From contig OZ220706.1 of NCBI GenBank assembly GCA_965116695.1, positions 637,995-701,994 of the forward strand: a DNA stretch of 64,000 nt, in the 5' to 3' direction. The notes beneath the pieces are model-generated. The model ran no database searches, was not told the DNA's origin, and was given only the letters and a program-made list of their open reading frames with translations. Positions 9,123 to 19,307 of this stretch are shown here, in pieces; the first letter of the stretch is position 1, and every line of letters begins with the position of its first letter. The stretch comes from Acidobacteriota bacterium. GTDB lineage: Bacteria; Acidobacteriota; UBA6911; RPQK01; JAJDTT01. A program made the translations under genes and the position numbers.

Positions 9123-10336
9123 GGCGCGGGAGCGCCCTCCCTCCGTCCGTCCATCAGCTTTCGGGAATGCTCGAAGGCGCTTTCCGCTTCCTGGGTTCGG
9201 CCCATGGCCTGCAGGACCCTTCCCCGGAGGTAATGGGCGCGGCCGGAGTTGGGGTCCGAACCCACGGCCGACTCGACCTGCTCTTCGGCTTCTTCCAGCC
9301 GGCCGGCCGAGAGGGCGATCTCCGTGGCCAGCAGATGATACTCGTCCGTCCCCGGTTGGAGCGCGATGGCCCTCTTGATCAGCTCCCCGCTACGGCGAGT
9401 CTGGTTCCTGCGAAAGAGAATCTCCGCCAGGTGGAAATGCGCTTCCGGATGATCGCTGCCGGAGGCGATCTCCGACTCGAGCTTCATGATCGCCCTGTCA
9501 TAGTCCCCTTGCAGCTTGTAGAGCAGTCCGAGGCTGTAGGCCAGATTGGGAATCCCGGGTTGCAGCCGGTCCGCCCGCTCAAGTGCCGCCAAGGCGTCGT
9601 CGCGGAGGTTCATGTTGTGCAGGATCTGCCCCAGGTAGAAGTGAGCCAAGGCCAGATTGGGCTCCAGTGCGAGGGTTCCGCGAAGTTCCTTCACCGCGCG
9701 CTCCAGATCGCCGTTCTCGCCCAGGGCGAGCGCCAATTGGAAACGATAGGTGGCGACGTCCGGCTGTTTTTCGACCGCCTTCGACAGGTGAGCGACGGAC
9801 TGTTCCAGGTTTCCCTGACGGCCATGGGAGAGCGCCAGCAGAAAATGCGCTTCGCCGGTGGCCTCGGGCGACTCCGCGAGGGGTTGGAGCGCCTCGATGA
9901 CAGCCGTCGGATTCCCGGCGCGGTACTCGGATCGCCCCAATCGGATCAGAAGGTCGGAACCGTGAGGAAACGCCAGCGCGCGCCGGTACGCTCCGGCGGC
10001 TTCCTTCCATTGCTGCTTCCGGTCATGGATCTCTCCCAGCAACAACAGGTGGGGTCCCGACGCGGCTTGGCTCCCGACCACCTGTTGCAGCGTCCGCTCC
10101 GCATCGGCCAGGGCTCCCGAGGCGAAGGCGACGGCCGCTTTCCAATACAGCCACGCGGAGTTGGACGGGTCTTCCGCCAGTTTCTGCCGGACCAGCTCCT
10201 GGGCTTCCAGGAGCCGTCCGGTTTCGATCAGTTGGCGGATCTCTCCCTGGCCGCGGATCAATGCGAAGGTGGCCCAGATCGTTGCCAATAGAAGAAAGGG
10301 ACAGGTCCACCAGGTGATTCGCGGTCGCGAGGCCAA
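9119..10336 (-). CDS. Tetratricopeptide repeat protein with an N-terminal membrane anchor
   Basis: Many 34-residue TPR-like units (for example AHFYLGQILHNMNLRDDALAALERADRL). Its stop overlaps the CRTAC1 start (ATGA). The start is uncertain, since the longest ORF uses TTG at 10336. Confidence 0.8.
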   Translation of the reverse strand: MASRPRITWWTCPFLLLATIWATFALIRGQGEIRQLIETGRLLEAQELVRQKLAEDPSNSAWLYWKAAVAFASGALADAERTLQQVVGSQAASGPHLLLLGEIHDRKQQWKEAAGAYRRALAFPHGSDLLIRLGRSEYRAGNPTAVIEALQPLAESPEATGEAHFLLALSHGRQGNLEQSVAHLSKAVEKQPDVATYRFQLALALGENGDLERAVKELRGTLALEPNLALAHFYLGQILHNMNLRDDALAALERADRLQPGIPNLAYSLGLLYKLQGDYDRAIMKLESEIASGSDHPEAHFHLAEILFRRNQTRRSGELIKRAIALQPGTDEYHLLATEIALSAGRLEEAEEQVESAVGSDPNSGRAHYLRGRVLQAMGRTQEAESAFEHSRKLMDGRREGAPAP

Positions 10337-10651
10337 GCGAGAGGGTCGGAGCTGAGAGGCACGGGCCCTCCTTCGTTGAGCAGGTTCCCGACGGTTCCCT
10401 CTTCTCGTAGGTCACCTCCTTCCTGGCGCCGTTCTCCAAAATCCAGTTGATTGTAGGGAACGGGTCCCGCCGATGACAAGATTTCCGATGGCCTGGCGCA
10501 GTGCCATCGGAGAGGATTCCGAGCCCGGAAAGCCACGAGAGAGACTCGGCATGATGGGATCAGTGCGGTCGATTACGGTATCTTAATGAGCCGGCTACGA
10601 AAGCGTCGGCACCGGACCCGGAAAGGTTCACGCCGGCTCAAGGTCAACGAC

Positions 10652-12742
10652 ATGGAAAGCTATCGAATCGGAGTGGACATTGGGGGAACGTTCACGGACC
10701 TGGTCATGATGAACGAGTCCACCGGAGAGTTGCGGCTCGTGAAAATGGCCAGCACTCCCAGCGATCCCTCGGTGGGATTTCTGAACACGGTGGAACGTGC
10801 CTTGAGAGAATCCGGGGTGGCCGCCGCAAACGTCTCCTACAATGTCCATGGGACGACCGTGGCGACCAATACCCTGATTGAGGGGAAGGGCGCCCGGACA
10901 GCCCTGGTCGCCACCGAGGGGTTCCGGGATGTCCTGGAAATCGCCCGCCAGATCCGGCCCAGACTCTACGACATCTTTTGCGAGAAGCCGAAGCCCGTGA
11001 TTCCGCGGAACCGATGCTACGGAGTGCCGGGGCGCCTGAACTATGCCGGTCAGGTCCTCTCCCCCCTGGATGAGGATTCGGTCCGGGACGTGGCCTGCCG
11101 CATGAAGGAGGCCGCCGTCGAGTCGGTGGCGGTCTGCCTGCTTCATTCGTACGTCAACCCGTCCCACGAGAAACGGGTCCGCGATCTCCTTCGGGAGGAA
11201 TTGCCGGGAGTGTTCCTGTCCATCTCGTCCGACCTCTGCCCGGAGATGAGGGAGTATTTTCGCGCCAGCACCACCGCCATCAACGCCGTGGTGATGCCCA
11301 TCGTGACCCGCTACCTGGAGAACCTGGAGAACCGGTTGGCCCGTTTGGGTGTCGGCGTCGGGTTGCACCTCATGACCTCCGCCGGCGGGGTCATGGCGTC
11401 GGACGTGGCCAAGCGGGACCCGGTGCACCTGATCGAATCGGGACCGGCGGCCGGGGTCATCGCGACCCGTTACCTGGGAGACCTGGTGGGGACCCGGGAC
11501 GTCATCAGCTTCGACATGGGAGGCACCACCGCCAAGCTCGGCCTGGTGGAAGGGGGAAACGTCAAGATCGCGCCCCATTTTGAAGTCGGCAGCGAGGCCG
11601 TGGCGGAGAGCAAGGGAGCCGGATACCCGGTCAGGACTCCCGTTGTGGACCTGGTGGAGATCGGCGCCGGCGGCGGGAGCATCGCCTGGATCGATCCCGG
11701 AGGCGCGTTGCGGGTCGGGCCACGAAGCGGCGGCGCCGATCCGGGCCCGGCCTGCTACGGAAAGGGCCAGGAGGAGCCGTGCATCACCGACGCCAACCTG
11801 GTTTTGGGACGGCTCAACCCGGACTATTTCATCGGGGGAGAGCAGGCGCTCGATGCCGCGCTGGCGGAAACGGCGGTGGGTCGACTGGCCGGCCGGTTGG
11901 GACTGGGCGTGGTGGAGACGGCCAACGGGATCATCGAGATCGCCAACGCCAACATGATCGGCGCCGTCCGCACCATCTCGGTTCAGAGGGGCTTCGACCC
12001 GCGGGACTTCGTATTGGTCGCCTTCGGTGGGGCCGGACCCATGCACGCCAACGGGTTGGCCCGGGAGCTGGGGATTCCCAAGGTGCTCATTCCCATGAGT
12101 CCCGGAGTGACCTCCGCCTTGGGATTACTGGTCAGCGACATCAAGCACGACTACGTCCGCGCCTTTCATCAGCAGATCGATTCACTCGATATCGAGCTTC
12201 TCAACCGGTCCTTCACAGAATTGGCCGAACGTGGCCGGGATGTTCTTTATTCCGAGGGCATCTCCGAGGAAGACGTCACCTTTGCCCACTATCTGGATAT
12301 GAGGTACGTGGGTCAGGGATACGAATTGAAGATCGAGATTCCCAATCGAGACCTGACCGAGGGCGACAAAAGAACCGTGAACGCGGCCTTCTACAAGGAA
12401 CACCAGCGGGCTTACGGCTACGCCGACGACACCGAACCGACGGAAGCGGTGGCACTGAGGCTGACCGCCGTCGGAAGGATCAGGCAGCCGCGCCTGCGCC
12501 GGCTCGAGACCGGTACGGGGGACCCTGGAGATGCCGTCAAGAATGAACGGCCCGTCCACTTCGCCGAGCGCGGCGGTGCGGTCCCGTGCAAGGTCTACGA
12601 TCGCTATCGCCTGAAGTCGGGGGACCGCATCATGGGACCGGCCATCGTCGAGGAGGTGGATTCGACCGTGGTCCTCCATCCGGACTACCAGGCCGACGTC
12701 GACCTGCACGGCAACATTCTGATCCGGGACATACGGTCATGA
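10652..12742 (+). CDS. hyuA: Hydantoinase/oxoprolinase family protein, A subunit (HyuA-like)
   Basis: MESYRIGVDIGGTFTDLV N-terminus and family-typical length. ATG at 10652 preferred over the basic 22-aa upstream extension. Confidence 0.9.
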   Translation: MESYRIGVDIGGTFTDLVMMNESTGELRLVKMASTPSDPSVGFLNTVERALRESGVAAANVSYNVHGTTVATNTLIEGKGARTALVATEGFRDVLEIARQIRPRLYDIFCEKPKPVIPRNRCYGVPGRLNYAGQVLSPLDEDSVRDVACRMKEAAVESVAVCLLHSYVNPSHEKRVRDLLREELPGVFLSISSDLCPEMREYFRASTTAINAVVMPIVTRYLENLENRLARLGVGVGLHLMTSAGGVMASDVAKRDPVHLIESGPAAGVIATRYLGDLVGTRDVISFDMGGTTAKLGLVEGGNVKIAPHFEVGSEAVAESKGAGYPVRTPVVDLVEIGAGGGSIAWIDPGGALRVGPRSGGADPGPACYGKGQEEPCITDANLVLGRLNPDYFIGGEQALDAALAETAVGRLAGRLGLGVVETANGIIEIANANMIGAVRTISVQRGFDPRDFVLVAFGGAGPMHANGLARELGIPKVLIPMSPGVTSALGLLVSDIKHDYVRAFHQQIDSLDIELLNRSFTELAERGRDVLYSEGISEEDVTFAHYLDMRYVGQGYELKIEIPNRDLTEGDKRTVNAAFYKEHQRAYGYADDTEPTEAVALRLTAVGRIRQPRLRRLETGTGDPGDAVKNERPVHFAERGGAVPCKVYDRYRLKSGDRIMGPAIVEEVDSTVVLHPDYQADVDLHGNILIRDIRS

Positions 12743-14514
12743 GAGAAACCGAAAGGACCAAGGGGACGGGCGCGTCCCTCAAGATGGACCCCATCCGCTT
12801 CGAAGTGATGCGCAGCGCCTTCGAAGCCGCCGCCGACGAGATGGGCGCCGCCCTGAGAAAGGCGGCCTACTCCACCAACATCAAGACCCGTTCCGACTTC
12901 TCCTGTGCGCTGTTCGACTCCAAGCTGCGGATCATCGCCCAGTCCTTCTCCCAGCCGGTGCACCTGGCCTCCATGTCCAGAATGATCCCCAACACCATCC
13001 GCCAATACGGGGTCGAGAAACTTCGGCCGGGCGACGCCCTGGTCATGAACCACCCCTACCGGGGCGGCGTCCACCTCAACGACGTGGCCATCATGGCGCC
13101 CTTCTTCAGCGGCGGGAAGATCCACGGGTACGCAGCCACCATCGCGCACCATGTGGACATCGGCGGCTACGCGCCGGGCGGCTACTGCATTTCCACGGAG
13201 CTCTACCAGGAGGGGATCATCATTCCACCGGCCAAGCTGGTCTCCGAGGGGGAGATCGTCGACGACGTCTTCCGCCTCATCCTGGCCAACATCCGATCGC
13301 CCCGGCAGTCCACGGGAGACTTTCGTGCTCAGATCGCCGCCTCGCTGCTGGGCCAGAAACGGATGGCGGAGATTCTGGCCCGATTCGGTGCGGAGTCCGT
13401 CGAGAACTTCGTCGACGAGCTCATCGAGTACACCGAGCGCTGGGCCCGGGCCGAGATCTCGAAACTGCCGGATGGAGTCTATGAAACGGAAGCATTGCTG
13501 GACGATGACGGGGTGTCGGACCGGCCGATCCGGCTGGTGCTGAAGGTCCGGATCAAGCAGGGGCGGGTCTCGTTCGATCTCACTGGATCGGACGACCAGC
13601 GCAACTCTCCCATGAACGCCACCTTGACCCAGACCTATTCGCCCCTGGCCTACGTCGTCAAGTGCCTCATCGATTCCGATATTCCCACCAACGAAGGCTT
13701 CTACCGGCTCATCGACGTGAAGGCACCTCCCGGGACCGTGGTGAATGCGACTCCCCCGGTGGGCGTGGTCGGGGGCTGGGAAGTGGTCATGCGTCTCTGC
13801 TGCCTGGGTTTCCAGGCCCTTTCGGACGCGATGCCGGACAAGGTCATGGCCAGCACCAAGAGCATCAACTGCCACATGGCCTGCGGGGGAACCGATCCCC
13901 GCACCGGCGAGTACTACACATTCATCGAGACCATGGCCGGCGGGTGGGGAGGCCTTCCCACCAAGGACGGAATGGACGCCGTCCAGTCCCATATCCAGAA
14001 CACGGAAAACTCGGCCATCGAGGAGACGGAGAACAACCTGCCCTTCCTGATCACCCGATACGAGTTGATTCCGGACTCGGAAGGGGCCGGGCGCTACCGG
14101 GGCGGACTGGGTTTGCGGCGCGACTGGAAGTTCCCCGGCCACGAGGCCACGCTCACGGTCTTCTCCGACAATCGGAAGTTTGCGCCCTGGGGGCTGTTCG
14201 GAGGGGGGAGCGGATCCTCCTCGAGATACATTCTCAATCCGGATGCGGAATCGAAAGACCTCCCGTCCAAGATCACGTTGAAGCTCCAGCCCGATTCCGT
14301 CATCAGCTACCGGACGCCGGGCGGCGGAGGCTACGGGTCTGCTTTGGAACGGGATCCCGAGAGGGTCCTGGAAGACGTGGCCCAGGGCAAGGTGACGCCG
14401 GATCGGGCCCGGGACGTCTACGGCGTCGTCCTGGACCAGTCGGGAAAGGCGGTGGATCTCCAGGCCACCCGAACCCGGCGCGCCCGTCTTTCCGGGTCCC
14501 GCGAGCAGCGGTGA
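12739..14514 (+). CDS. hyuB: Hydantoinase B/oxoprolinase family protein (HyuB-like)
   Basis: DPIRFEVMRSAFEAAADEMG start region. ATG at 12739 overlaps the hyuA stop (ATGA). The upstream part of the listed ORF (12586-12738) is read-through in the hyuA 3' end. Confidence 0.9.
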   Translation: MRETERTKGTGASLKMDPIRFEVMRSAFEAAADEMGAALRKAAYSTNIKTRSDFSCALFDSKLRIIAQSFSQPVHLASMSRMIPNTIRQYGVEKLRPGDALVMNHPYRGGVHLNDVAIMAPFFSGGKIHGYAATIAHHVDIGGYAPGGYCISTELYQEGIIIPPAKLVSEGEIVDDVFRLILANIRSPRQSTGDFRAQIAASLLGQKRMAEILARFGAESVENFVDELIEYTERWARAEISKLPDGVYETEALLDDDGVSDRPIRLVLKVRIKQGRVSFDLTGSDDQRNSPMNATLTQTYSPLAYVVKCLIDSDIPTNEGFYRLIDVKAPPGTVVNATPPVGVVGGWEVVMRLCCLGFQALSDAMPDKVMASTKSINCHMACGGTDPRTGEYYTFIETMAGGWGGLPTKDGMDAVQSHIQNTENSAIEETENNLPFLITRYELIPDSEGAGRYRGGLGLRRDWKFPGHEATLTVFSDNRKFAPWGLFGGGSGSSSRYILNPDAESKDLPSKITLKLQPDSVISYRTPGGGGYGSALERDPERVLEDVAQGKVTPDRARDVYGVVLDQSGKAVDLQATRTRRARLSGSREQR

Positions 14515-14530
14515 CGCCGCCCGGCGGCTC

Positions 14531-16381
14531 TCATCGGATGGGAACCAGCTTCAACCGGCGGTGGACCGGGCTCCAACCTTCCATGAAGGGTCCCACCGCA
14601 ATCACACCGTCGGCGTATTTGCGGCCGAAGTAGTCGAAAGCCATCCGCTCGTCGCGGGTCACCTTCATGACCTCGTCCTTTTGAGCCGACCAGGACAGGA
14701 TCCCGTCCTCGGGACCGACGGAAATGTCGAGGTCGGCCGTTCGGCTGTGGGCGTCCAATCCGGTCGACTGCCATTCGGCCAGGCTGAAGTTCCGTCCTGC
14801 CCCGGAGACGACGTTGTAATCCGACACGTTCTCCGTATTGGCGTATTGGAACGGCATCGGGCACTGGGCGACGACGTTGTTGATCACGCGGTTGTGCTTG
14901 GAGACGCCCACCCGGTCCCGGGTCCGGGTCTTGGTCATGCGGATGCCGTACGGCGCGCAGTTCACCAGCAGGTTGTGGGCCACCAGGAGCCGGTCCGAGT
15001 CGTGCAGGTAGAACCCGGAGCCCTGGACGTTGTAGACGACGTTGTGGTCGATCAGGTTGAGGATGTTCGAGGCCTCGAAAAACAGCGCCCCGGCGTAACT
15101 CGAGATGTCGTGGATCAAGTTCCGGGTGACCCGGGTGTTCCGGTTGGCGAAATCGATCCAGATCCCCGCCGAGGCATAGCAATCGTGAACGTGATTTTGC
15201 GTGACGACGGAATCCAGCATGATCAGGAGCTTGATGCCCGCCACCTCCCAGTAGCGCTCCACGTCCTGCCAACCGCAGTCGTGCACGTGATTGCCGGACA
15301 CGAGGCTGCGTGAGACGACGGTTCCCTGAATTCCGCCGGTGCCGCAATCGTAGACGTGGTTGCGGCGCACCAGGTGGTCGCCGGTCGTCATCGCCAGCTC
15401 GTTCCGGTTCCCCGCGTTGGGGCCCTCTTCGGTGAATGCGCCGATCTCGATGCCCACCGCGTTGACGTGCCGGACGGTGTTGTCCTCGATGATCCAATGG
15501 CGGCCGCCCCAGGTGGTAATGGCGCCGTTTCCGGAGCGGATGAACCCGTTGCCGGCATGCTCGAACGTGAGCCCCTTGATCCGGATGTACTCCATCCCCT
15601 TCACCATGGGATTGATCAGGAACTGTCGTGTGGTCACCTCCATCTGCCGGGTGTTGGGGTCCCTGCGGTCGAAGGGGTTGAGGTGCAGTTGCCGGTTCTC
15701 CCCATCGATCCAGAACGTGCCGGCAATCCGGTGCAATTCCTCGATCCGGGCCAACTGGGTCAGTCGCCGCCCGTCCTGAAACACCAGGGCTCGCGGCAGG
15801 GTGTGGGGGATCCGTCCCCGCTCCGCCCGGGCCCAGCGCATGACCGCGAAGTCGGCGTCGGAAGTGTTGATGGCGGCAAACGGGTGGCCGCCGTCGAAGA
15901 ACTCGGGGGGCAGATCCGCCTTCCAGACGTTGGCCGATTTCGACCGTCCCGAGTTGGTCCACGTGGCCCTCAGGACCTCGGACCCGCTGATGACGGCCTC
16001 GGCGCCCGGCGCCGCCTCGAAGCTGATCATCCCGTCCGGGCCGGTGCCGCCCCGTCGAGGACGGACCCACTCACGGTAGATGCCCGATTTGATCAAGACC
16101 TTTTCTGCGGGCTGGACCAGGTCCGCCGCACGTTGGATCGTTGCCAAAGGAGCCTCTTCGGTGCCGGGGTTGTCGTCCGCGGCCAGAGGGTGTTGCCGAT
16201 CCACGTAGTAGACCCGCCGGTATTCGGTCACGTCCTCCCAGGTCCGGAACTCCGTCCCGTCGGGAAGCAGGACCGGCGGGTCCGGCAGGCCCGAAGTTCC
16301 GGCCGTCAGGTACCCGGCTCCCGACGCCAACAGGCCCGCGAGTGAGAGAACCGCAGCCGGCGTCCTGAGGGGCGTGATCAT
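14531..16381 (-). CDS. Secreted right-handed parallel beta-helix repeat protein (possible polysaccharide lyase/hydrolase fold)
   Basis: Signal peptide. Repeated coils NHVYDCGTGGIQG / NHVHDCGWQD / NHVHDCYASAGIWID / NLIHDIS / HNVVYNVQGSG, typical of PbH1 repeats. Confidence 0.7.
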   Translation of the reverse strand: MITPLRTPAAVLSLAGLLASGAGYLTAGTSGLPDPPVLLPDGTEFRTWEDVTEYRRVYYVDRQHPLAADDNPGTEEAPLATIQRAADLVQPAEKVLIKSGIYREWVRPRRGGTGPDGMISFEAAPGAEAVISGSEVLRATWTNSGRSKSANVWKADLPPEFFDGGHPFAAINTSDADFAVMRWARAERGRIPHTLPRALVFQDGRRLTQLARIEELHRIAGTFWIDGENRQLHLNPFDRRDPNTRQMEVTTRQFLINPMVKGMEYIRIKGLTFEHAGNGFIRSGNGAITTWGGRHWIIEDNTVRHVNAVGIEIGAFTEEGPNAGNRNELAMTTGDHLVRRNHVYDCGTGGIQGTVVSRSLVSGNHVHDCGWQDVERYWEVAGIKLLIMLDSVVTQNHVHDCYASAGIWIDFANRNTRVTRNLIHDISSYAGALFFEASNILNLIDHNVVYNVQGSGFYLHDSDRLLVAHNLLVNCAPYGIRMTKTRTRDRVGVSKHNRVINNVVAQCPMPFQYANTENVSDYNVVSGAGRNFSLAEWQSTGLDAHSRTADLDISVGPEDGILSWSAQKDEVMKVTRDERMAFDYFGRKYADGVIAVGPFMEGWSPVHRRLKLVPIR

Positions 16382-16427
16382 GGGCGATCCTCCTGGGGTC
16401 TCGAAGCCCGGGCTTTTCCCGTTCTCT

Positions 16428-17534
16428 TCATCGAGCCTGCAGTCCCTCGATCATTTCGTGAATTCGGTCCAGACCAGGCCGCAGGTAACTGTGCGGCAGG
16501 CCGAAACTCACGCGCAGGAAGTGATCGATGCCGAAGTGATCTCCCGGCATGATCAGGACACTCTTTTCCGAGGCGAGCCGTTCCGCCAGCCGGGTCGAGT
16601 TGATCTCCAGATCGTAACGAATGAAGGCGATCGCCCCGGCGTCCGGCGGCCACAGGCTGAAGGTGCCCGGATGCCGGTCCATCCAGCGCTGGAGAACCGG
16701 AAAACCTCGACGGATGTAGCAACGGGTGCGCTGCAAGAGCCAGGGGCGAACTTCGGGAGACAGGGCCAGGGCCGCCAGCCGGTTGGAAAGCATGGTCGCG
16801 CTGATGGTCGTGTATTCGTGCCGCGCCCAGATTTCATCCACGATCCCGGCCGGCCCCACGACCCAGCCGATCCTGAGGCCCGGAAGCCCGTAGGCCTTGC
16901 TCAGGCTCCCCGTTGCCAGGACCTTGTCGTACCGTCCATAAAAAGTCGGCGTTTCCCGGTCGGTGAGGCGCTCGGCCCCGGCATAGACCTCATCGGCCAG
17001 GATCCAGCTTCCGGCCCGGTCGGCGATGTCGATGACGGCTTGCATCTCGGCGTCAGAGAGGACGCGCCCGGTCGGGTTGTTGGGATTGCACACCGCTATC
17101 AACCGGGTTTTGGGCGTCGCCATGGACTCCAGTTCCGCCAGATCCGGCGCCCAGCCCGTTTCCTCCCGCAAATGAAAGGTCTTCAATTCAAGGCCATGGT
17201 TCTTCCCCAATCCCCAGATCTGCATGTAGTTGGGAAGCATGACGACGATCTCGTCACCGGGATCCAGAAGGGTTCTGATCCCAAGGTAATTGGCTTCGAT
17301 CGCACCGACCGTCACCAGGACGTTCTCGGGCGTACCGCCCGGATAGAGCCGCGCGATGTTCTGCCGAAGCTGCGGAATTCCGTTGGTGTGGGGGTAGTTC
17401 AGATCGGTGTCCAGCAAGCCCTCCAGACAGCCGTTCTCCCGATCGACGAGTTCCCGGAGCAGGACCGGATGGGCACCGCTTTCCGAGAGATTGTATTCCA
17501 CCTCCTTCTCCAACCGGGACATCATCCGTTCCAT
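16428..17534 (-). CDS. Pyridoxal-phosphate-dependent aminotransferase, class I/II
   Basis: SLSKAYGLPGLRIGW (PLP-lysine motif), NPNNPTG. Start ambiguous among the ATGs at 17534, 17525 and 17522 and the ORF start at 17597. Confidence 0.85.
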   Translation of the reverse strand: MERMMSRLEKEVEYNLSESGAHPVLLRELVDRENGCLEGLLDTDLNYPHTNGIPQLRQNIARLYPGGTPENVLVTVGAIEANYLGIRTLLDPGDEIVVMLPNYMQIWGLGKNHGLELKTFHLREETGWAPDLAELESMATPKTRLIAVCNPNNPTGRVLSDAEMQAVIDIADRAGSWILADEVYAGAERLTDRETPTFYGRYDKVLATGSLSKAYGLPGLRIGWVVGPAGIVDEIWARHEYTTISATMLSNRLAALALSPEVRPWLLQRTRCYIRRGFPVLQRWMDRHPGTFSLWPPDAGAIAFIRYDLEINSTRLAERLASEKSVLIMPGDHFGIDHFLRVSFGLPHSYLRPGLDRIHEMIEGLQAR

Positions 17535-17651
17535 TTGGAATGGCTGAAACACGTGCACGGTCGCTACCTCCACTGCTCGCCTGAACGGGCGCCGCATCGT
17601 CCAACGCCAACCCGTTGCACTATCCCGAGTTCCGCCCCGCCAACAGGCCGG

Positions 17652-19307
17652 TCAAGCGCGCGCGTACGCCACCCCGCTCTCGCCCCGCGGGTCGGATCCG
17701 CCCTCCAGGAGGCCCTCCGGTCCGGCCACGACCAGTTGGGCCAAACCCAGCCTGCGAGCCAGCGGCGCCGGGTCCCGCACCACGTTGAATCCCCTCTGCC
17801 GCAACCCGTTACAGATCTCCACCGGGGTCCGCCCCTCGCACCAGACGGTCCTCCCCTCGGCATGGATGCGAGGGGCCGAGACCGCCTCCACGGCGCCCAT
17901 TCCAAATTCGACGACATTGGTGAAGACCTGCACCAGAGCGCTCAGAATGGCGTTCCCGCCGGGCGCCCCCAGGACCATGGCCGCCTGACCCTCCTGAAAG
18001 GCGATGGCCGGCATCATCAGGTGCATGCGGGCCTTCGCCGGAGCCAGTGAGCTGGCATGTCCGGGACGGGGGTCATAACGGTTCATGGCGTTGTTGTAGA
18101 TGAAGCCCAGCCCGGGCGTGATGATGCCGGAGAACCCGCCCAGGCTGTGGGTGATGGCGGCCACATTGCCGTCCCGGTCCACGACGTTCAGGTGAGTCGT
18201 GTCGCGCGCTTGACGATCCGGACCCGCCGTCCCGACCGCGCCCTCAAGGACGGCGTTCCGCAGCTCCCGGGCCCTTTGCCGGGAGATCAGGAATTGCCCC
18301 GGTTCTTCACCCACGACCTCCGGGTCGCCCAGGTAATCCCGCCGGTCCCGATCCACGAGTTGAAGTGTCGATGCCACGTAGCTCAGGTACCGGAGACCGC
18401 CATGCTCGAGCCTGGACAGGTCCAGGCCCTCCAGCACATTGAGGGCCTCCTGGAGCAGAAAGCCCGCGCCCGGCGGGTCATTGGAGAAGATCTCGAAACT
18501 TCGGTACCGGGAGGAACGGGGGGCGTAAGAGCGCGGCCGGTAGGATTCCAGGTCCCGGCGGGTGACGTAGGCCCCGTTCGCCTCCAGGTCCCGCCAGATC
18601 TCCCGGCCCAGCTCGCCCCGGTAGAAATCTTCGGGTCCGTGGGTCGCAAGCCGTTCCAGGGTTGCGGCGTAGTCGGGATTGCTGAGGATCTCTCCCTCCC
18701 GAAAGGGTGATCCGCCGGGATGCAGGTAGATCCGGCTGCACTCGGAGTTGGACCGGATCCGGTCCAGGGTGTCCGGTTCGACAGGTTCGCCCGGGCTTGA
18801 GAACAGCTTCGCCAATTGAGGAGTGACCGGGAAGCCCTTCCGCGCAATTTCCACGGCGGGTCGAAGGAGGTCCGGCCAGGACATGGTGCAATAGCACCGC
18901 TGGACCTGGGCCAGAGCGGCCACCGCCGCCGGCGTGCAGATGGACGTATAGCCCATGGTGCTGCGGTGGTCGTGAAACAGGCTGCTCCCGCTGAAGGCGG
19001 CTTCGCCCAGATAGTCCCGGGCCCACATGCCTTCCCGGACCCTTGAACCGGCGCGAACGCATCCGTCGATGACCCGGTGCTCACCCTTCGCGGGAGCCCA
19101 GAGGTGGGCGGAGACCATGCCGCCCAGGCCGCAGCTGAAAGGATTCAGGATCATCTGGACGAAGGCCGTCGCCACGGCGGAATCGAAGGCATTGCCCCCC
19201 GCCTCCAGGACCCGCGCCCCTTCTTCCGCGGCACGCGGATGAACGCATGTCACGACACCTCGCATGGACTGGCTTGTGATCCTCCTTGTAAGTTGCTCGG
19301 GGATCAA
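17652..19307 (-). CDS. ggt: Gamma-glutamyltransferase family protein, no obvious signal peptide
   Basis: Autoprocessing/catalytic region DTTHLNVVDRDGNVAAITHSLGG and GAPGG near the C-terminus. Start is either TTG at 19307 (overlapping the upstream stop) or ATG at 19265. Confidence 0.85.
   Translation of the reverse strand: MIPEQLTRRITSQSMRGVVTCVHPRAAEEGARVLEAGGNAFDSAVATAFVQMILNPFSCGLGGMVSAHLWAPAKGEHRVIDGCVRAGSRVREGMWARDYLGEAAFSGSSLFHDHRSTMGYTSICTPAAVAALAQVQRCYCTMSWPDLLRPAVEIARKGFPVTPQLAKLFSSPGEPVEPDTLDRIRSNSECSRIYLHPGGSPFREGEILSNPDYAATLERLATHGPEDFYRGELGREIWRDLEANGAYVTRRDLESYRPRSYAPRSSRYRSFEIFSNDPPGAGFLLQEALNVLEGLDLSRLEHGGLRYLSYVASTLQLVDRDRRDYLGDPEVVGEEPGQFLISRQRARELRNAVLEGAVGTAGPDRQARDTTHLNVVDRDGNVAAITHSLGGFSGIITPGLGFIYNNAMNRYDPRPGHASSLAPAKARMHLMMPAIAFQEGQAAMVLGAPGGNAILSALVQVFTNVVEFGMGAVEAVSAPRIHAEGRTVWCEGRTPVEICNGLRQRGFNVVRDPAPLARRLGLAQLVVAGPEGLLEGGSDPRGESGVAYARA

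Noticed and set aside
12586-12738. N-terminal extensions of the longest ORFs for hyuB (12586), E1 alpha (48513), AttH (61578), ferritin (58389), the coiled-coil ORF (46545), enoyl-CoA hydratase (53844) and others
   Set aside because: The extensions overlap upstream genes or intergenic DNA and are compositionally aberrant. Internal starts with an RBS and/or ATGA coupling give family-typical N-termini.
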